A stretch of DNA of 64,000 bases from a virus (taxonomy: Duplodnaviria > Heunggongvirae > Uroviricota > Caudoviricetes), in the IMG/VR virus record IMGVR_UViG_3300031992_002114, positions 1-64,000 of that record, one strand, 5' to 3'. The position numbers were made by a program, and so were the translations under genes. The notes beneath the pieces were generated by a model. That model was not told the origin of the DNA, did not search any database, and saw nothing but the letters and a program-made list of their open reading frames with translations. Positions 12,424 through 22,004 of the stretch are shown here, piece by piece. Every line of letters begins with the position of its first letter. The first letter of the stretch is position 1.

Positions 12424-12774
12424 ATGTTAAAAATTGTAAAAAAAGAAAATAAAAATGAGAACAAGGATAATCGCACTCCAACTTATTTCAAAACTATTGA
12501 TGATTGTGCTTTCTTTTGTGCTACATGCGGGTCTAGTCCTATTAAGGTAATAAAGGCTATGCTTACATGGAAGAAGCAGCACAAGGACAACGAGCATGCC
12601 TTGACAGACGTAGCAGAGCTAGCTTGCAGGAAAGCACAAGCTATGGATGATCAACACGCTATTACTACGATCACTAGAGTGTTATCAATTGTATGCTCTG
12701 CTGATAAGACTATTAACAAGGATGAACAGTTTATTTGGGAGGCAGAAGACCTCAGCGAGGGCGAAAAATTTTAG
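12424..12774 (+). CDS. hypothetical protein; GC content rises within this gene
   Basis: Internal ATG 12424 after GAAGGAAGA; upstream part of the listed ORF looks non-coding. Confidence 0.4.
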   Translation: MLKIVKKENKNENKDNRTPTYFKTIDDCAFFCATCGSSPIKVIKAMLTWKKQHKDNEHALTDVAELACRKAQAMDDQHAITTITRVLSIVCSADKTINKDEQFIWEAEDLSEGEKF

Positions 12775-12835
12775 CACACACACGACAGGTTTGCAAGAAC
12801 TTTTTTCTCCTACGCAAAGTCTACACAACATGACC
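12758..12835 (+). repeat. class-B ~70-bp repeated element (GCGAAAATTTTA.CACA...GTCAAGA...TCTACACAA), copy 1 of ~7
   Basis: Similar copies at ~15075, 16038, 17165, 17340, 18188, 18448. Confidence 0.55.
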
Positions 12836-12972
12836 TAAAAGAGATATGTGGAGGAATTGTGTGCACAAAGATTCTCGCGTCAGTTGGTGGGGAGTTGTAG
12901 TAATATATTAGTCAAGGAGAGGGAGAGAGAAAGTCAAAGGGACTTTCGCCCAATCCAAAGAGAGGAGCCACA

Positions 12973-13362
12973 ATGGCTACCACGAACAAGGTTACCCGCT
13001 TTACCGCACTGTCCACCCTCATTGAGTTCGCTAAGGCTAACGACTTTGATAACGCTGAGGTTATGGAGATTGCTGAGAAGATGCGTGACAAGCTCAAGAC
13101 TCCTAGCAAGGCTGGTACTACTACTCACACGGCTAAGAACAATGATAAGTTCTTTGATGCTCATATGAATGTGTTCGCGGATGGTGCTATCCTCACAGCT
13201 CGCGAATACGCAAACGCTATTGATGGTTTCCCCGTGGATAATATGGGTCGTCCTAGCATCCACAAGGCTACTGCTATCCTCGTTCGTGCGGTCAATGAGG
13301 GTAAGCTGGTAAAGGTTCCTAGCGAGAAGAAGAGTGCTCCTATGAGCTACAAGCTCGCGTGA
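12973..13362 (+). CDS. GC-rich paralog family member A (129 aa, unknown function)
   Basis: ~50% GC codons in a 30% GC genome; paralogous to 17643..18032 and 24648..25046 (shared ...FPVDNMGRPS.HKATAILV...KV..EKKS.PM.YKLA). Confidence 0.7.
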   Translation: MATTNKVTRFTALSTLIEFAKANDFDNAEVMEIAEKMRDKLKTPSKAGTTTHTAKNNDKFFDAHMNVFADGAILTAREYANAIDGFPVDNMGRPSIHKATAILVRAVNEGKLVKVPSEKKSAPMSYKLA

Positions 13363-13371
13363 TTATCAGTC

Positions 13372-13415
13372 CTGAGCATGACTTAAAACTGCTCAATTCT
13401 TTTATATTAAAAAGA
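13372..13415 (+). terminator. rho-independent terminator (TGAGCA...TGCTCA hairpin + T tract)
   Basis: After paralog A stop; near-identical copy at 14727-14770. Confidence 0.55.
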
Positions 13416-13639
13416 ATAAAAAATGAAAATTGAATAAATAAAAAGTGAAAATGAAAATCAAACAAAACAGATGTTCGGGGTGGGCGAAATTTTACTACAA
13501 ACGCACGGAGAAGTCAAGTCTGAAAAACCTTCTTCACAAAATCTTCATAAATGAGCAGATCTCCCGCAATTGTGAAGAATCTATGAAGAGCCCAAAACTG
13601 TGCTATAATGTACTTAAGGACAAAGAGAAAGGATATGCA

Positions 13640-13867
13640 ATGTATAACAACACTGTTTTTCTAGTAACTGTTAATCCTGAAATGTATTATGGTACTCCTT
13701 ATCACTTTGCTTTTAAGAATAAAGATAATGCTAAGAAGAAATTTGATGAACTTGTAGAAAAGCACAATCTTTATCATGATGGTAGTTATCGTGTAGCACA
13801 AAGAGATTCAGAAAGCTTGCATCATGTGGACACTGTAGAACTTGATGAAATCTTTTATGATGATTAA
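13640..13867 (+). CDS. hypothetical small protein
   Basis: ATG 13640 after AGAGAAAGGA; in-frame C-terminal part of listed ORF. Confidence 0.4.
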   Translation: MYNNTVFLVTVNPEMYYGTPYHFAFKNKDNAKKKFDELVEKHNLYHDGSYRVAQRDSESLHHVDTVELDEIFYDD

Positions 13868-13980
13868 TATGGTGGGACTTTAGTCCCATCATTCTTTTAA
13901 CTAGTTGGGGATCCCAACAAAAATGTGAAGATATTGTGAAAGACTTGACAACTAACCCGGAAATATGAGATAATATAATC

Positions 13981-14130
13981 ATGGAACGGAGGAAGACCCG
14001 CCAAACACAACCTAGTCAAGTTGTAAAACTGACTACAGGGTTAGGAGATACCATGACTGCTATTTTTGTTATTATTATTATCATGATTATTATGACAAAT
14101 AACAATAACGGTCCTTTTGGCTATGCTTAG
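13981..14130 (+). CDS. small membrane protein
   Basis: ATG after GATAATATAAT promoter-like motif; hydrophobic core AIFVIIIIMIIM. Confidence 0.3.
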   Translation: MERRKTRQTQPSQVVKLTTGLGDTMTAIFVIIIIMIIMTNNNNGPFGYA

Positions 14131-14144
14131 AAAGAAGGTTTATA

Positions 14145-14411
14145 ATGGAGCGTGAATTTTCCTGTTATCATCTTATTGGTTCTCTTACTGTACTTAAAGA
14201 TAAACAAATTATTGCTATTCTTTTTGCTACAGATGCTTTTTATATTTCAGAATTTAAAGCTATTAATAAATACAAAGATTTAGTTTGGGAAATTCAAGGA
14301 GCTATGAATAATAATGTAGTATTAAACGGAGCTAAAATAAATGCAGAAACTATTCTCTATGGTAAGAAAGATGATAAAGAAGTTATCATCCGCAAACAAA
14401 CATTCGAGTAA
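14145..14411 (+). CDS. hypothetical protein
   Basis: Listed ORF with RBS. Confidence 0.5.
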   Translation: MEREFSCYHLIGSLTVLKDKQIIAILFATDAFYISEFKAINKYKDLVWEIQGAMNNNVVLNGAKINAETILYGKKDDKEVIIRKQTFE

Positions 14412-14511
14412 GTCGATCCCTGTGAAGATTCTGTGAAGAAAGAAAATCCTAGACAATTTGCCCAAAAGTGTAGTATAATATAATCAAGGTCAAAGAGAGA
14501 AAGGATTTCAC

Positions 14512-14721
14512 ATGAACACTCTGTATGGTTTCCTCCTTGAAGGTGAAAATGTTGATGGTGACCTGATTAGCTCTTATGTGGAATTTGAAAATTGTGAAGA
14601 TGCTACAGACGCTCTTAAACTAGCTGAGAAAGAAGCTGAAACTATCCTTAAAGATGAAGATGGTGGACATATTGATATCTTTGATGAGGATGGTAATTTT
14701 ATGGTTGATGTAGAAGTTTAA
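14512..14721 (+). CDS. hypothetical acidic small protein
   Basis: Listed ORF; RBS AGAGAAAGGA; TATAATATAAT motif upstream. Confidence 0.5.
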   Translation: MNTLYGFLLEGENVDGDLISSYVEFENCEDATDALKLAEKEAETILKDEDGGHIDIFDEDGNFMVDVEV

Positions 14722-14726
14722 ATATT

Positions 14727-14770
14727 AGTCCTGAGCATGACAATAAAAGGCTCAACTTTTTATTTTATCG
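14727..14770 (+). terminator. rho-independent terminator (second copy of AGTCCTGAGCATGAC... element)
   Basis: TGAGC..GCTCA hairpin then ACTTTTTATTTT. Confidence 0.55.
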
Positions 14771-14795
14771 ATCCCAAAAGAAAAGGAAAAAGATT

Positions 14796-15032
14796 ATGAT
14801 TACTATTAAGTGCGGGAAGAGCTCCTACAATACTACTAACATTGATTCAGAAGCAACTTTTACAATTAATGATGATGCTAATCTAACAGAAGTATTTCTA
14901 GCTATTGTAAAAGCTACTCAATTTGAAGGTTATTCACTTGATAGTTGGCTTAATATTATTAATGAAATGAAAGATGAAATTGATAAGGAATATTCAATTC
15001 TTGATTTTCTATCTGATTCAGTTTATGATTAA
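14796..15032 (+). CDS. hypothetical protein
   Basis: Listed ORF; RBS AAAGGAAAAAG. Confidence 0.5.
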   Translation: MITIKCGKSSYNTTNIDSEATFTINDDANLTEVFLAIVKATQFEGYSLDSWLNIINEMKDEIDKEYSILDFLSDSVYD

Positions 15033-15074
15033 ATAATTTAAGAGAGTGAAGAGCTCTTCTATAATACTTTTAAG

Positions 15075-15150
15075 TATCTGCGACGGCGAAATATTTTATC
15101 ACACGGCTGAGGAAATGTCAAGAGCTTCACAATATCTACACAATTAAGCA
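15075..15150 (+). repeat. class-B element copy
   Basis: GACGGCGAAATATTTTATCACAC...ATGTCAAGAGC...TCTACACAA. Confidence 0.5.
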
Positions 15151-15262
15151 GATCTGCCCAAAATGTGAAGGAATTATGAAGATTAAAATTAAGGCTTGAC
15201 CGCACATAATGTAAGTAGTAATATAATAATTGTCAGTTGGTTACTACTATTGGAGATTAAAC

Positions 15263-15430
15263 ATGCTTACATCACTTGTTTTAACCTATGCTTGGTGCCT
15301 GACTGTAGTTTTTATTCTATTGCTTACTTTGTATCTTGATAACAAAAATTATTATCTTGGTGTTGGCTATTATATTATTATTGGTCTATTCTTTTTGATT
15401 ATTACTGCGTGGATAAGCTACGTTAGTTAA
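15263..15430 (+). CDS. small membrane protein
   Basis: ATG 15263 after GGAG; two hydrophobic segments. Confidence 0.4.
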   Translation: MLTSLVLTYAWCLTVVFILLLTLYLDNKNYYLGVGYYIIIGLFFLIITAWISYVS

Positions 15431-15464
15431 TTCACAATTCCTTCACAATTCAAGATTGTCACTT

Positions 15465-15515
15465 GACAAACTCCCATCTCTTGTGTAATATAATAATTGA
15501 CAGAAACAAGAGATG
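15465..15515 (+). promoter_or_regulatory. TAATATAATAATTGAC promoter core flanked by a perfect 15-bp inverted repeat (ACTCCCATCTCTTGT / ACAAGAGATGGGAGT)
   Basis: Read directly from sequence; immediately upstream of ATG 15513. Confidence 0.6.
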
Positions 15516-15716
15516 GGAGTTACGATGAAAGCTATGACACTCACAGAAGCTAAAGCTTATTACACTCCCATTATTCAAGCAGAGGTCAATCGTTGTAATA
15601 TGCTTATTGAAAGCATTGAAGAAACAATTGCAGAAATTGGTGAAGATGATGATATAATTCAACTTCTTAATGAAACTATTAATGAGCGTGATATTTGGGC
15701 TAGTGGATTGGAGTAA
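15513..15716 (+). CDS. hypothetical acidic small protein
   Basis: Listed ORF; promoter embedded in a 15-bp inverted repeat upstream. Confidence 0.5.
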   Translation: MGVTMKAMTLTEAKAYYTPIIQAEVNRCNMLIESIEETIAEIGEDDDIIQLLNETINERDIWASGLE

Positions 15717-15721
15717 TAATT

Positions 15722-15943
15722 ATGTTAGTTTATATTGTAACTCTTCGGTATGAAGACTATTCTACTATCCTTGGAGTATATCATTCTTTTCCAACTGCAT
15801 TTAAAGATATTTTAGAAGAACATATTCATTGTCATGAACCTTTTACAGCTATTGATTGGAGTAACTGGAAAACAGATAAATCTCTTATTATTGAATTAGA
15901 TGAATATAATGAAATTAAAATTAAACAATATCAAGTTTGGTAA
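15722..15943 (+). CDS. hypothetical protein
   Basis: Listed ORF; terminator follows. Confidence 0.5.
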   Translation: MLVYIVTLRYEDYSTILGVYHSFPTAFKDILEEHIHCHEPFTAIDWSNWKTDKSLIIELDEYNEIKIKQYQVW

Positions 15944-15946
15944 TAA

Positions 15947-15975
15947 AAAAGAGCTTAACAGCTCTTTTTTTTTAT
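15947..15975 (+). terminator. rho-independent terminator
   Basis: AAGAGCTTAACAGCTCTT + T9. Confidence 0.6.
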
Positions 15976-16037
15976 ATCTTAAAATAGAACATTTGTTCTA
16001 TCGCGAGATCTTAAAACTAATACAATGATTGATATCA

Positions 16038-16110
16038 GTGGCGGCGAAAATTTTAGCACATCGCGCAACAGAAGTCAAATGAAGATTTTGTGAAAACACA
16101 AAGTGAACAC
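16038..16110 (+). repeat. class-B element copy
   Basis: GGCGGCGAAAATTTTAGCACATCGCGC...AGTCAAATGAAG. Confidence 0.5.
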
Positions 16111-16294
16111 AATTGTCCCAATAGTCCAGAAAGTAAGATAGTTTATACGGGTCAAATAAAGATTTTAATTATCAAAGCAAAAAACGATCGATCTACCTGC
16201 GGTTTCACAAAGTCTACACAATTAAAGAAAGTCGTTGACTTTCACACTAAAGAGCGTATACTAATAGCTGTCCAAAGGGAAACAACGAAAGGAA

Positions 16295-17005
16295 ATGGAC
16301 ATGCGTAAGGTTTTCGCTATTCTTGACATTGAGACTGTTACTGATGCTCGTTTGGCTTTTGATATTGCATGGATTGTTTGCGATTCTAAGGGTAACATCC
16401 TTGAGCGTTATAACGCTCTTGTGAGTGAAGTTGTTAATAGTCCTTTTGGTATGGCTTTCTTGCGTCGTGATTCTTTCATTAAAAATAAGGCTCAAATGTA
16501 TATTGATGCTATTAATTTTAATGGTATTGATATTAAGTCCTTTGAGGATATCATGCAAGATTTTAATAATATCTCTGCTCGTTACAATGCTAAAACTGTT
16601 ATGTGTGCTTATAATGCTAAGTTTGATTACAGTGTACTTAATGATAACGCTAGTTATATTTATGGCTATGGTGAGCAATTCTTTAATGATAATGTTGAAA
16701 TTGTTGATATCATGACTATGGCATTAGCTACTATTTGCGATACTAATAAATATATTCTTTGGTGCATTCAGAATGGCATGGTTACAGAAAAGGGTAATGT
16801 AAAGACTAATGCACAAACTGTTTATGCTTACATGCTTGATGATATTAATTTTGTAGAAGCACATCACGCATTAGAAGATTGCGAAATTGAAAAGGATATA
16901 TATTTTAAGGCTCGTAAGCGTAAACAAAAGCAGCATAAGCAATTTGCAATGCCTATGTTTCATTGCAAGGAATGGAAAAAAGTACAATCTCGCAATGTAA
17001 AATAG
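16295..17005 (+). CDS. DnaQ-like DEDDh 3'-5' exonuclease
   Basis: Exo I motif ILDIETV and Exo III motif HHALEDCE. Confidence 0.65.
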   Translation: MDMRKVFAILDIETVTDARLAFDIAWIVCDSKGNILERYNALVSEVVNSPFGMAFLRRDSFIKNKAQMYIDAINFNGIDIKSFEDIMQDFNNISARYNAKTVMCAYNAKFDYSVLNDNASYIYGYGEQFFNDNVEIVDIMTMALATICDTNKYILWCIQNGMVTEKGNVKTNAQTVYAYMLDDINFVEAHHALEDCEIEKDIYFKARKRKQKQHKQFAMPMFHCKEWKKVQSRNVK

Positions 17006-17164
17006 CAATAAAAAAAGGGTAGGATGTAAAAGTCCTACCCTAAATAGTATTAACCAAGAGAAGAAAGTATAATGTGCGGGAATTGTGTTGACTTTGTGAA
17101 TTAACTGATTCTGGCTTGACAATAATTTGTTCATATGAGATAATTATAATGGGGGAGAGATCGA

Positions 17165-17240
17165 CCTGGACGAAAAATTATAACACATTCGCGAGGAAAA
17201 GTCAAGAGAAAATTTCAATCTACACAGAATCTCCACATTT
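17165..17240 (+). repeat. class-B element copy
   Basis: GACGAAAAATTATAACACATTCGCG...AGTCAAGAGAAAATTTCAATCTACACAGAA. Confidence 0.5.
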
Positions 17241-17339
17241 GCCCAGATCTGCCGCACATCAAAAATTTAATTAAAAAGCCCAGGACGATCGCATCAATAT
17301 TTGAATAATTTCATATCAAAGTTTAAACATATCAAAATA

Positions 17340-17410
17340 TCAACGAGGACGAAAATTATACCACGTCCGCATGAGACTTGTCAAGAAAAATTTTTCTTCA
17401 CATTTCCCGC
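17340..17410 (+). repeat. class-B element copy
   Basis: GACGAAAATTATACCACGTCCGC...TTGTCAAGAAAAATTTTTCTTCACA. Confidence 0.5.
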
Positions 17411-17559
17411 ACAAATCAATCCTGAAACTAGTTCAAGATAAAAAGCTTAATAGTTCAAGATAAAAAGTTAATTAGTTCAATTTCAGACCAAAAAGTTCAA
17501 TTCAATCAATTGTGGAGGAATTGTGTGGAAGGGAATTTCTCGTGCCTGTTGGGTCGAAT

Positions 17560-17600
17560 CCATGATAATATATAGTTGTCCGAAGGGGAAAGAGAAAATT
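17560..17600 (+). promoter_or_regulatory. class-A promoter copy upstream of paralog B
   Basis: GATAATATATAGTTGTCCGAAGGGGAAAGAGAAAATTCC. Confidence 0.5.
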
Positions 17601-17642
17601 CCGAAAGGCGGAATGGTTCCCCTAGACAGAAAGAGGTGCCCT

Positions 17643-18032
17643 ATGGCTACCAAGTTCAACGTCACTCGCAAGCAGGCTCTTGAGTCCATCATTGAGTTTG
17701 CGAAGGCTAACGAGTACGATAACACGGATGTGATGGATGTGCTCAACAACATGCTTTCTAAGCTTCAGACTACCTCTAAGCGTTCGGGTGAGACGGCAGC
17801 TCACAAGACTAACGCGAATATGCTTCAGAAGTATCTGAATCTCTTCGCGGATGGTGCTGTTCTTACGTCTCGTGAGTTTGCTAATAACGCGGATGGTTTC
17901 CCTGTTGATAACATGGGGCGTCCCTCTGTTCACAAGGCCACGGCCATTTTGGTGCAGGGCGTGAATGATGGAGTTCTTGTGAAGGTTTCGCCTGAAAAGA
18001 AGTCCAAGCCCATGGGGTACAAGTTGGCCTAG
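17643..18032 (+). CDS. GC-rich paralog family member B
   Basis: ATG 17643 within listed ORF; clear similarity to 12973..13362 and 24648..25046. Confidence 0.7.
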   Translation: MATKFNVTRKQALESIIEFAKANEYDNTDVMDVLNNMLSKLQTTSKRSGETAAHKTNANMLQKYLNLFADGAVLTSREFANNADGFPVDNMGRPSVHKATAILVQGVNDGVLVKVSPEKKSKPMGYKLA

Positions 18033-18187
18033 TCAATGGAGTTTGGGGAGTCTCCACAAAATCCCCACATATTAAATTTTGAATGGTCTGGCATCAAAAG
18101 TCAGACCATTTTCTTTCAAATTTTATTAGAACACGTGTTTGGGCGGAAGATCTCAGCTAGTATCAAGATTTTAGTTAAATGGTTGAT

Positions 18188-18265
18188 CGGTGTTGGCGAA
18201 AATTTTATCATATGTGCGACCAGTTGTCAAGAAGAAATTTTCAATTCACAGAGTCTACATAAGTT
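18188..18265 (+). repeat. class-B element copy
   Basis: GGCGAAAATTTTATCATATGTGCGAC...TTGTCAAGAAGAAATTTTCAATTCACAGAGTCTACATAA. Confidence 0.5.
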
Positions 18266-18770
18266 ATCCTAATTGTGCAGGTTTTGTGAAGTATCAAGAT
18301 TACAACTAGATTGGGCTCTGTTGGGTGTATAATAAAGTCACAGACGAGGCACAGGGGATGATAGTCCTACGCAAGCGTGAACCGGGTGGTCTGGTTAATG
18401 GGCATTGTGCCGGCAGGTCAAGACAGAAAATAGCTACAGTCAGGTCTAAAGTCTGCGTGAGCGAAATTTTTGGCAGCTGCATAGGCAAATTTTCTATCGA
18501 ATGGCAAGGTTATAGGCGATTCAACCATAGGCCCAAAATATAGGCAAAAATAATAAAATTTACTTGACAACTGATAGATTTTTATGATATAATAAAAATA
18601 ATATGTCAATTTTAGTTGAAAATCAAGAATTTTTAACAGAAAAATGAAAATTATACTTGACAACTGACTAATTTTCATGATAAAATGAAAGTTTATACCT
18701 AATTTTGTGCGCATTTATAACAAAAAAGAGCCCTTTCGGACTCTTTCTAGTGTTTTTATTAATATTTTTA

Positions 18771-19169
18771 CTAAACTGCTTGATAACGGAATGGATCGTT
18801 CTTCTTCTCCTTCTCAAGACGCTGAATCAGGCCAAGCTCAACACCAAGCTTGAGAACTGCGGTTGCCTTAGGGGCAGAAGGAATCTCATCAAAGAGCTCC
18901 TTAATCTCACCAGCAGTCTTAGGCTCAACCAGCGCAGGAAGAATAAGCTCTACAAGCTTCTCATTCTCCTCACGCTTCTTGGAGTTACCAGTGGTACGAG
19001 AGCGGTTAAGCTTCTGATACATGTTACCAAGGACATTGAGGAGGTCCTCAACAGTAGCGTCTTGATTCTCTGCTTGAACAGCTTCGACAAACTCATCCTG
19101 ATACATCTCGACGTAGTTACGAACGATAGCAATTGCAGCCTTCTGAGTGATAGCGTTCTTAGTAGTCAT
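18771..19169 (-). CDS. GC-rich small protein, possible distant member of the paralog family
   Basis: Listed ORF; elevated GC; similar length and KATAVLKLGV segment. Confidence 0.55.
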   Translation of the reverse strand: MTTKNAITQKAAIAIVRNYVEMYQDEFVEAVQAENQDATVEDLLNVLGNMYQKLNRSRTTGNSKKREENEKLVELILPALVEPKTAGEIKELFDEIPSAPKATAVLKLGVELGLIQRLEKEKKNDPFRYQAV

Positions 19170-19387
19170 ACTAACCTTCTTTCTTTGATTGGGAGTCAGA
19201 CTCCTTTTGTCTGATTACTCTCTCCCTTTCGTTATATATATAATATCATGATTTAGACCCGGTTGTATACGAAAAACTTTGAAAGCTGGTTAAAAAAAAT
19301 TGTTTCAGATTGTACAGAGAATTGCTATGCAGGTGTTAAAATGGAGATGCACTCCCCACCAAATACACACCATCAAATTTTTATCCC

Positions 19388-19470
19388 CAACTAAAACATA
19401 TTATCAAATCTTAAACATTTAATTAAAACATCTTGTCAAATCTTAAATTTTAATTAAAATATATTATTAA
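19388..19470. repeat. tandem ~33-bp AT-rich direct repeat
   Basis: TATCAAATCTTAAACATTTAATTAAAACATC / TGTCAAATCTTAAATTTTAATTAAAATAT. Confidence 0.45.
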
Positions 19471-19736
19471 TGTTTAGAAATTTTAATTCTACTACACTTC
19501 TTAATATTAACTATAATATTTAATTTCTATTATCGTCTTTTAAAAGTTTCTTCTATGTAATCTTTTTCTAATATACTTTCTAATTAACTATATTTATCTG
19601 TTACTTCGTCTAATGCAATCTTTAATTTATCTATCGCATCTCCTAGCTTTATAATTTGTTCAATCTCAAGTTTCTTCATAATCTATAGGCTCATCTCCTA
19701 TACATATACTAATAATACATAATATAAGAATTAATG

Positions 19737-19961
19737 CTATAAGCCACACAATTTCACCTCTGGAATATTTTCTAAAACTTCCTTATAAAACTCCATTATA
19801 CAAATTTTAGCAATTACCTCATCAATATTTTTTTGTTCTTCTTCTGTTAATCTATATAGCAAAATATCTTCTATGTTTCTTTCATAAATATGATAATGAT
19901 TCTTTATTATCATTTTACCTTGTTTAATATAACATCTACAATTCTTTTTAAAATTTTCCAT
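19737..19961 (-). CDS. hypothetical protein
   Basis: Listed ORF. Confidence 0.4.
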   Translation of the reverse strand: MENFKKNCRCYIKQGKMIIKNHYHIYERNIEDILLYRLTEEEQKNIDEVIAKICIMEFYKEVLENIPEVKLCGL

Positions 19962-19990
19962 TTTTAAAATTCATTTTTCAAAATCGAAAT

Positions 19991-20311
19991 TTAAAAATCA
20001 TTTTCTATAATCATTAATGGATTTTTCAAATTCAAATTTGCTAATTCTTTAATAAATTGAATATTTAATTTGCCCTCTATCATATAATGAATTAATTTCT
20101 TTTCCAAAAATTTCCACTTTTTATCTAAAGAACGAATAATATCCCAATATACCTCTTCATCAAAATCATCTTCATACATATAATATAAAAACTTAATATA
20201 TTCATTTATATAATTACCAAGCTGACTTCTTTTCATCACAAATAATTTAGGATATATAGGTAAAGGATTATATCTTTCCCCATACATTTTATAAAATTCA
20301 ACCTCAGTCAT
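19991..20311 (-). CDS. hypothetical protein
   Basis: Listed ORF. Confidence 0.45.
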   Translation of the reverse strand: MTEVEFYKMYGERYNPLPIYPKLFVMKRSQLGNYINEYIKFLYYMYEDDFDEEVYWDIIRSLDKKWKFLEKKLIHYMIEGKLNIQFIKELANLNLKNPLMIIENDF

Positions 20312-20389
20312 ATTTCTCCTTTCAAAAAAGTTGACTATATTCTTTTGTATTCTTTTATATATTATTTTATATTCTATATAGTCTTTCTC

Positions 20390-20510
20390 TGTCCAAATTT
20401 ACTAAACCCTTTGACCAATTTGGACATACCCTTTGACTTTTTTGGACATACCCCTTGGTCCAAATTTGTCAAACCCTTTGACTTTTTTGGACATACCTAT
20501 TTTATAGGCA
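20390..20510. repeat. iteron-like array of ~22-bp direct and inverted repeats (CCCTTTGAC..TTGGACATACC)
   Basis: At least three direct copies plus one inverted partial copy (GGTCCAAATTTGTCAAA); abuts wHTH gene 20497..20880. Confidence 0.6.
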
Positions 20511-20880
20511 TTTTCCGCACTTTCTCCATTTCCAAATTCATTTTTGGAATTTCATAAAAGTCTCAATATCCTTCTTCATTCTTAACCAAATAACCCCTCT
20601 CCTTCAACACTCTCTTAGCCTTTCTAAATGTACTTACACTAATACCAAATTCATTATAGGCTGCAACAGGAGAAACCCAAAACTCATAGCCTTCCATATT
20701 CTTTGCAAAATATAGTCAAACTTCAAATTGAGCAGGAGTTAAATCTCTTAAAGCATATTTAATAGACCTTAAATTAATAGCTGCATAATAATTATCTACT
20801 AATCTACCATCGCAATCTTCTTTATTAATCACAACATATTCCTGATTTGGATTTGAATCAAATTTTACATTAGTTAACAT
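20497..20880 (-). CDS. winged-helix DNA-binding-like protein next to the iteron array (one TGA)
   Basis: Hand translation MLTNVKFDSNPNQEYVVINKEDCDGRLVDNYYAAINLRSIKYALRDLTPAQFEVWLYFAKNMEGYEFWVSPVAAYNEFGISVSTFRKAKRVLKERGYLVKNEEGYWDFYEI... ; TAG stop at 20497. Confidence 0.45.
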
Positions 20881-21299
20881 TCCCAATACCGTTCTAGCAA
20901 CATTTTAACACCATCTTGCTTATTTTTGTCAATGATTGCCCGCACATCTAAATCTTCATATCTATTTTCTTTATCTTCACTTACTATCTCTTGGTTTAAC
21001 TTATAAATCGTATTATAATCAACATGAATTAAATTATCTTCATCTTTTATAAACCAACCATATTCAATTAATTTTTCAATATACTTTTCATATTCTTTAA
21101 TATCTAAACCTAAATAATTTGCAATATCTTTACCATCTAAATAAATCTCTTCTTGACCACTCTCATATAAATAACTTTCTAATATCATATAAAATAAAAC
21201 TATAGAATACATATTAATATCACTAAATGTTCTTAACATAATATAAACAACCAATAGTTGTCCATCTTGCAAATCTTGTTTACTTAAATCAATTTCCAC
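20874..21299 (-). CDS. hypothetical protein
   Basis: Listed ORF. Confidence 0.5.
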   Translation of the reverse strand: MEIDLSKQDLQDGQLLVVYIMLRTFSDINMYSIVLFYMILESYLYESGQEEIYLDGKDIANYLGLDIKEYEKYIEKLIEYGWFIKDEDNLIHVDYNTIYKLNQEIVSEDKENRYEDLDVRAIIDKNKQDGVKMLLERYWEC

Positions 21300-21694
21300 T
21301 ATAGTTCTCCTTTATCTACTGCATCCAAAAGCTCTAGAAATTCATAATCAACTTCTAATTCTCCTTCATCATTTCTAACTAACCATCCTTCTTCCTGTAA
21401 CATACCCACTATATCATCATACATCTCAGCAGGACTTTTACCATTTCTTCCACTAATTCCTTGACCTATATATAAAGTTCTAATTTCATCTTCCTTCATT
21501 CCAAAAATAAAAGAAAACAAAATTCTATAGGCATCATAACCAGAACTATAATCATTCATCAATCTAATTACACTTCTAGCAACATTAGCATTCTTTTCTT
21601 TCTCTCTAGCTTTCATAAGCAATTGTTCATATCTATCTTGCTCCGCAAAAGCTTTCTCTAAACTTTGCATAACTTCTTTAAATTCATCAGTCAT
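21299..21694 (-). CDS. hypothetical protein
   Basis: Listed ORF. Confidence 0.5.
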   Translation of the reverse strand: MTDEFKEVMQSLEKAFAEQDRYEQLLMKAREKEKNANVARSVIRLMNDYSSGYDAYRILFSFIFGMKEDEIRTLYIGQGISGRNGKSPAEMYDDIVGMLQEEGWLVRNDEGELEVDYEFLELLDAVDKGEL

Positions 21695-21737
21695 AAATAT
21701 ATCCTCCGCGGGACGATGCTATATTTCACTTTTAGCA

Positions 21738-21966
21738 ACTTGAATATTTCATTCTTATACTTCTTCAGTTCTAATTTGATATTTATCAAGAACCGTTTTA
21801 TCCTTAACAATTATTCATTCATTTTCATCTAAACTCTTATATAATTTAACACTAGCAACTCTAGCTTCTAATTGATATATATCTAAAATATCATTAACTG
21901 CTTGCTCTTTCCGCACATATTTACCTAAAAAATCTTTATTATTATATAAAGAATACATTTTCATAA
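21738..21966 (-). CDS. hypothetical small protein (TGA-containing)
   Basis: ATG near 21966 after GGAG; frame open through TGA to TAA. Confidence 0.3.
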
Positions 21967-22004
21967 TAATCTCCTAAAAGAAAGGGGAGTATAAAACTCC
22001 CCTT

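Noticed and set aside
12848-13263. ORFs 12848..13168 (+), 12912..13109 (-), 12934..13263 (-), and likewise 17483..17752 and 17622..17933 (-)
   Set aside because: Alternate-frame or antisense ORFs inside the GC-rich paralog genes; high GC inflates spurious ORF length. The paralog frames have RBSs and cross-copy conservation.
20345-20557. ORF 20345..20557 (70 aa, repetitive PFDFFGHT)
   Set aside because: Translation of the iteron repeats; the repetitive peptide reflects DNA repeats.
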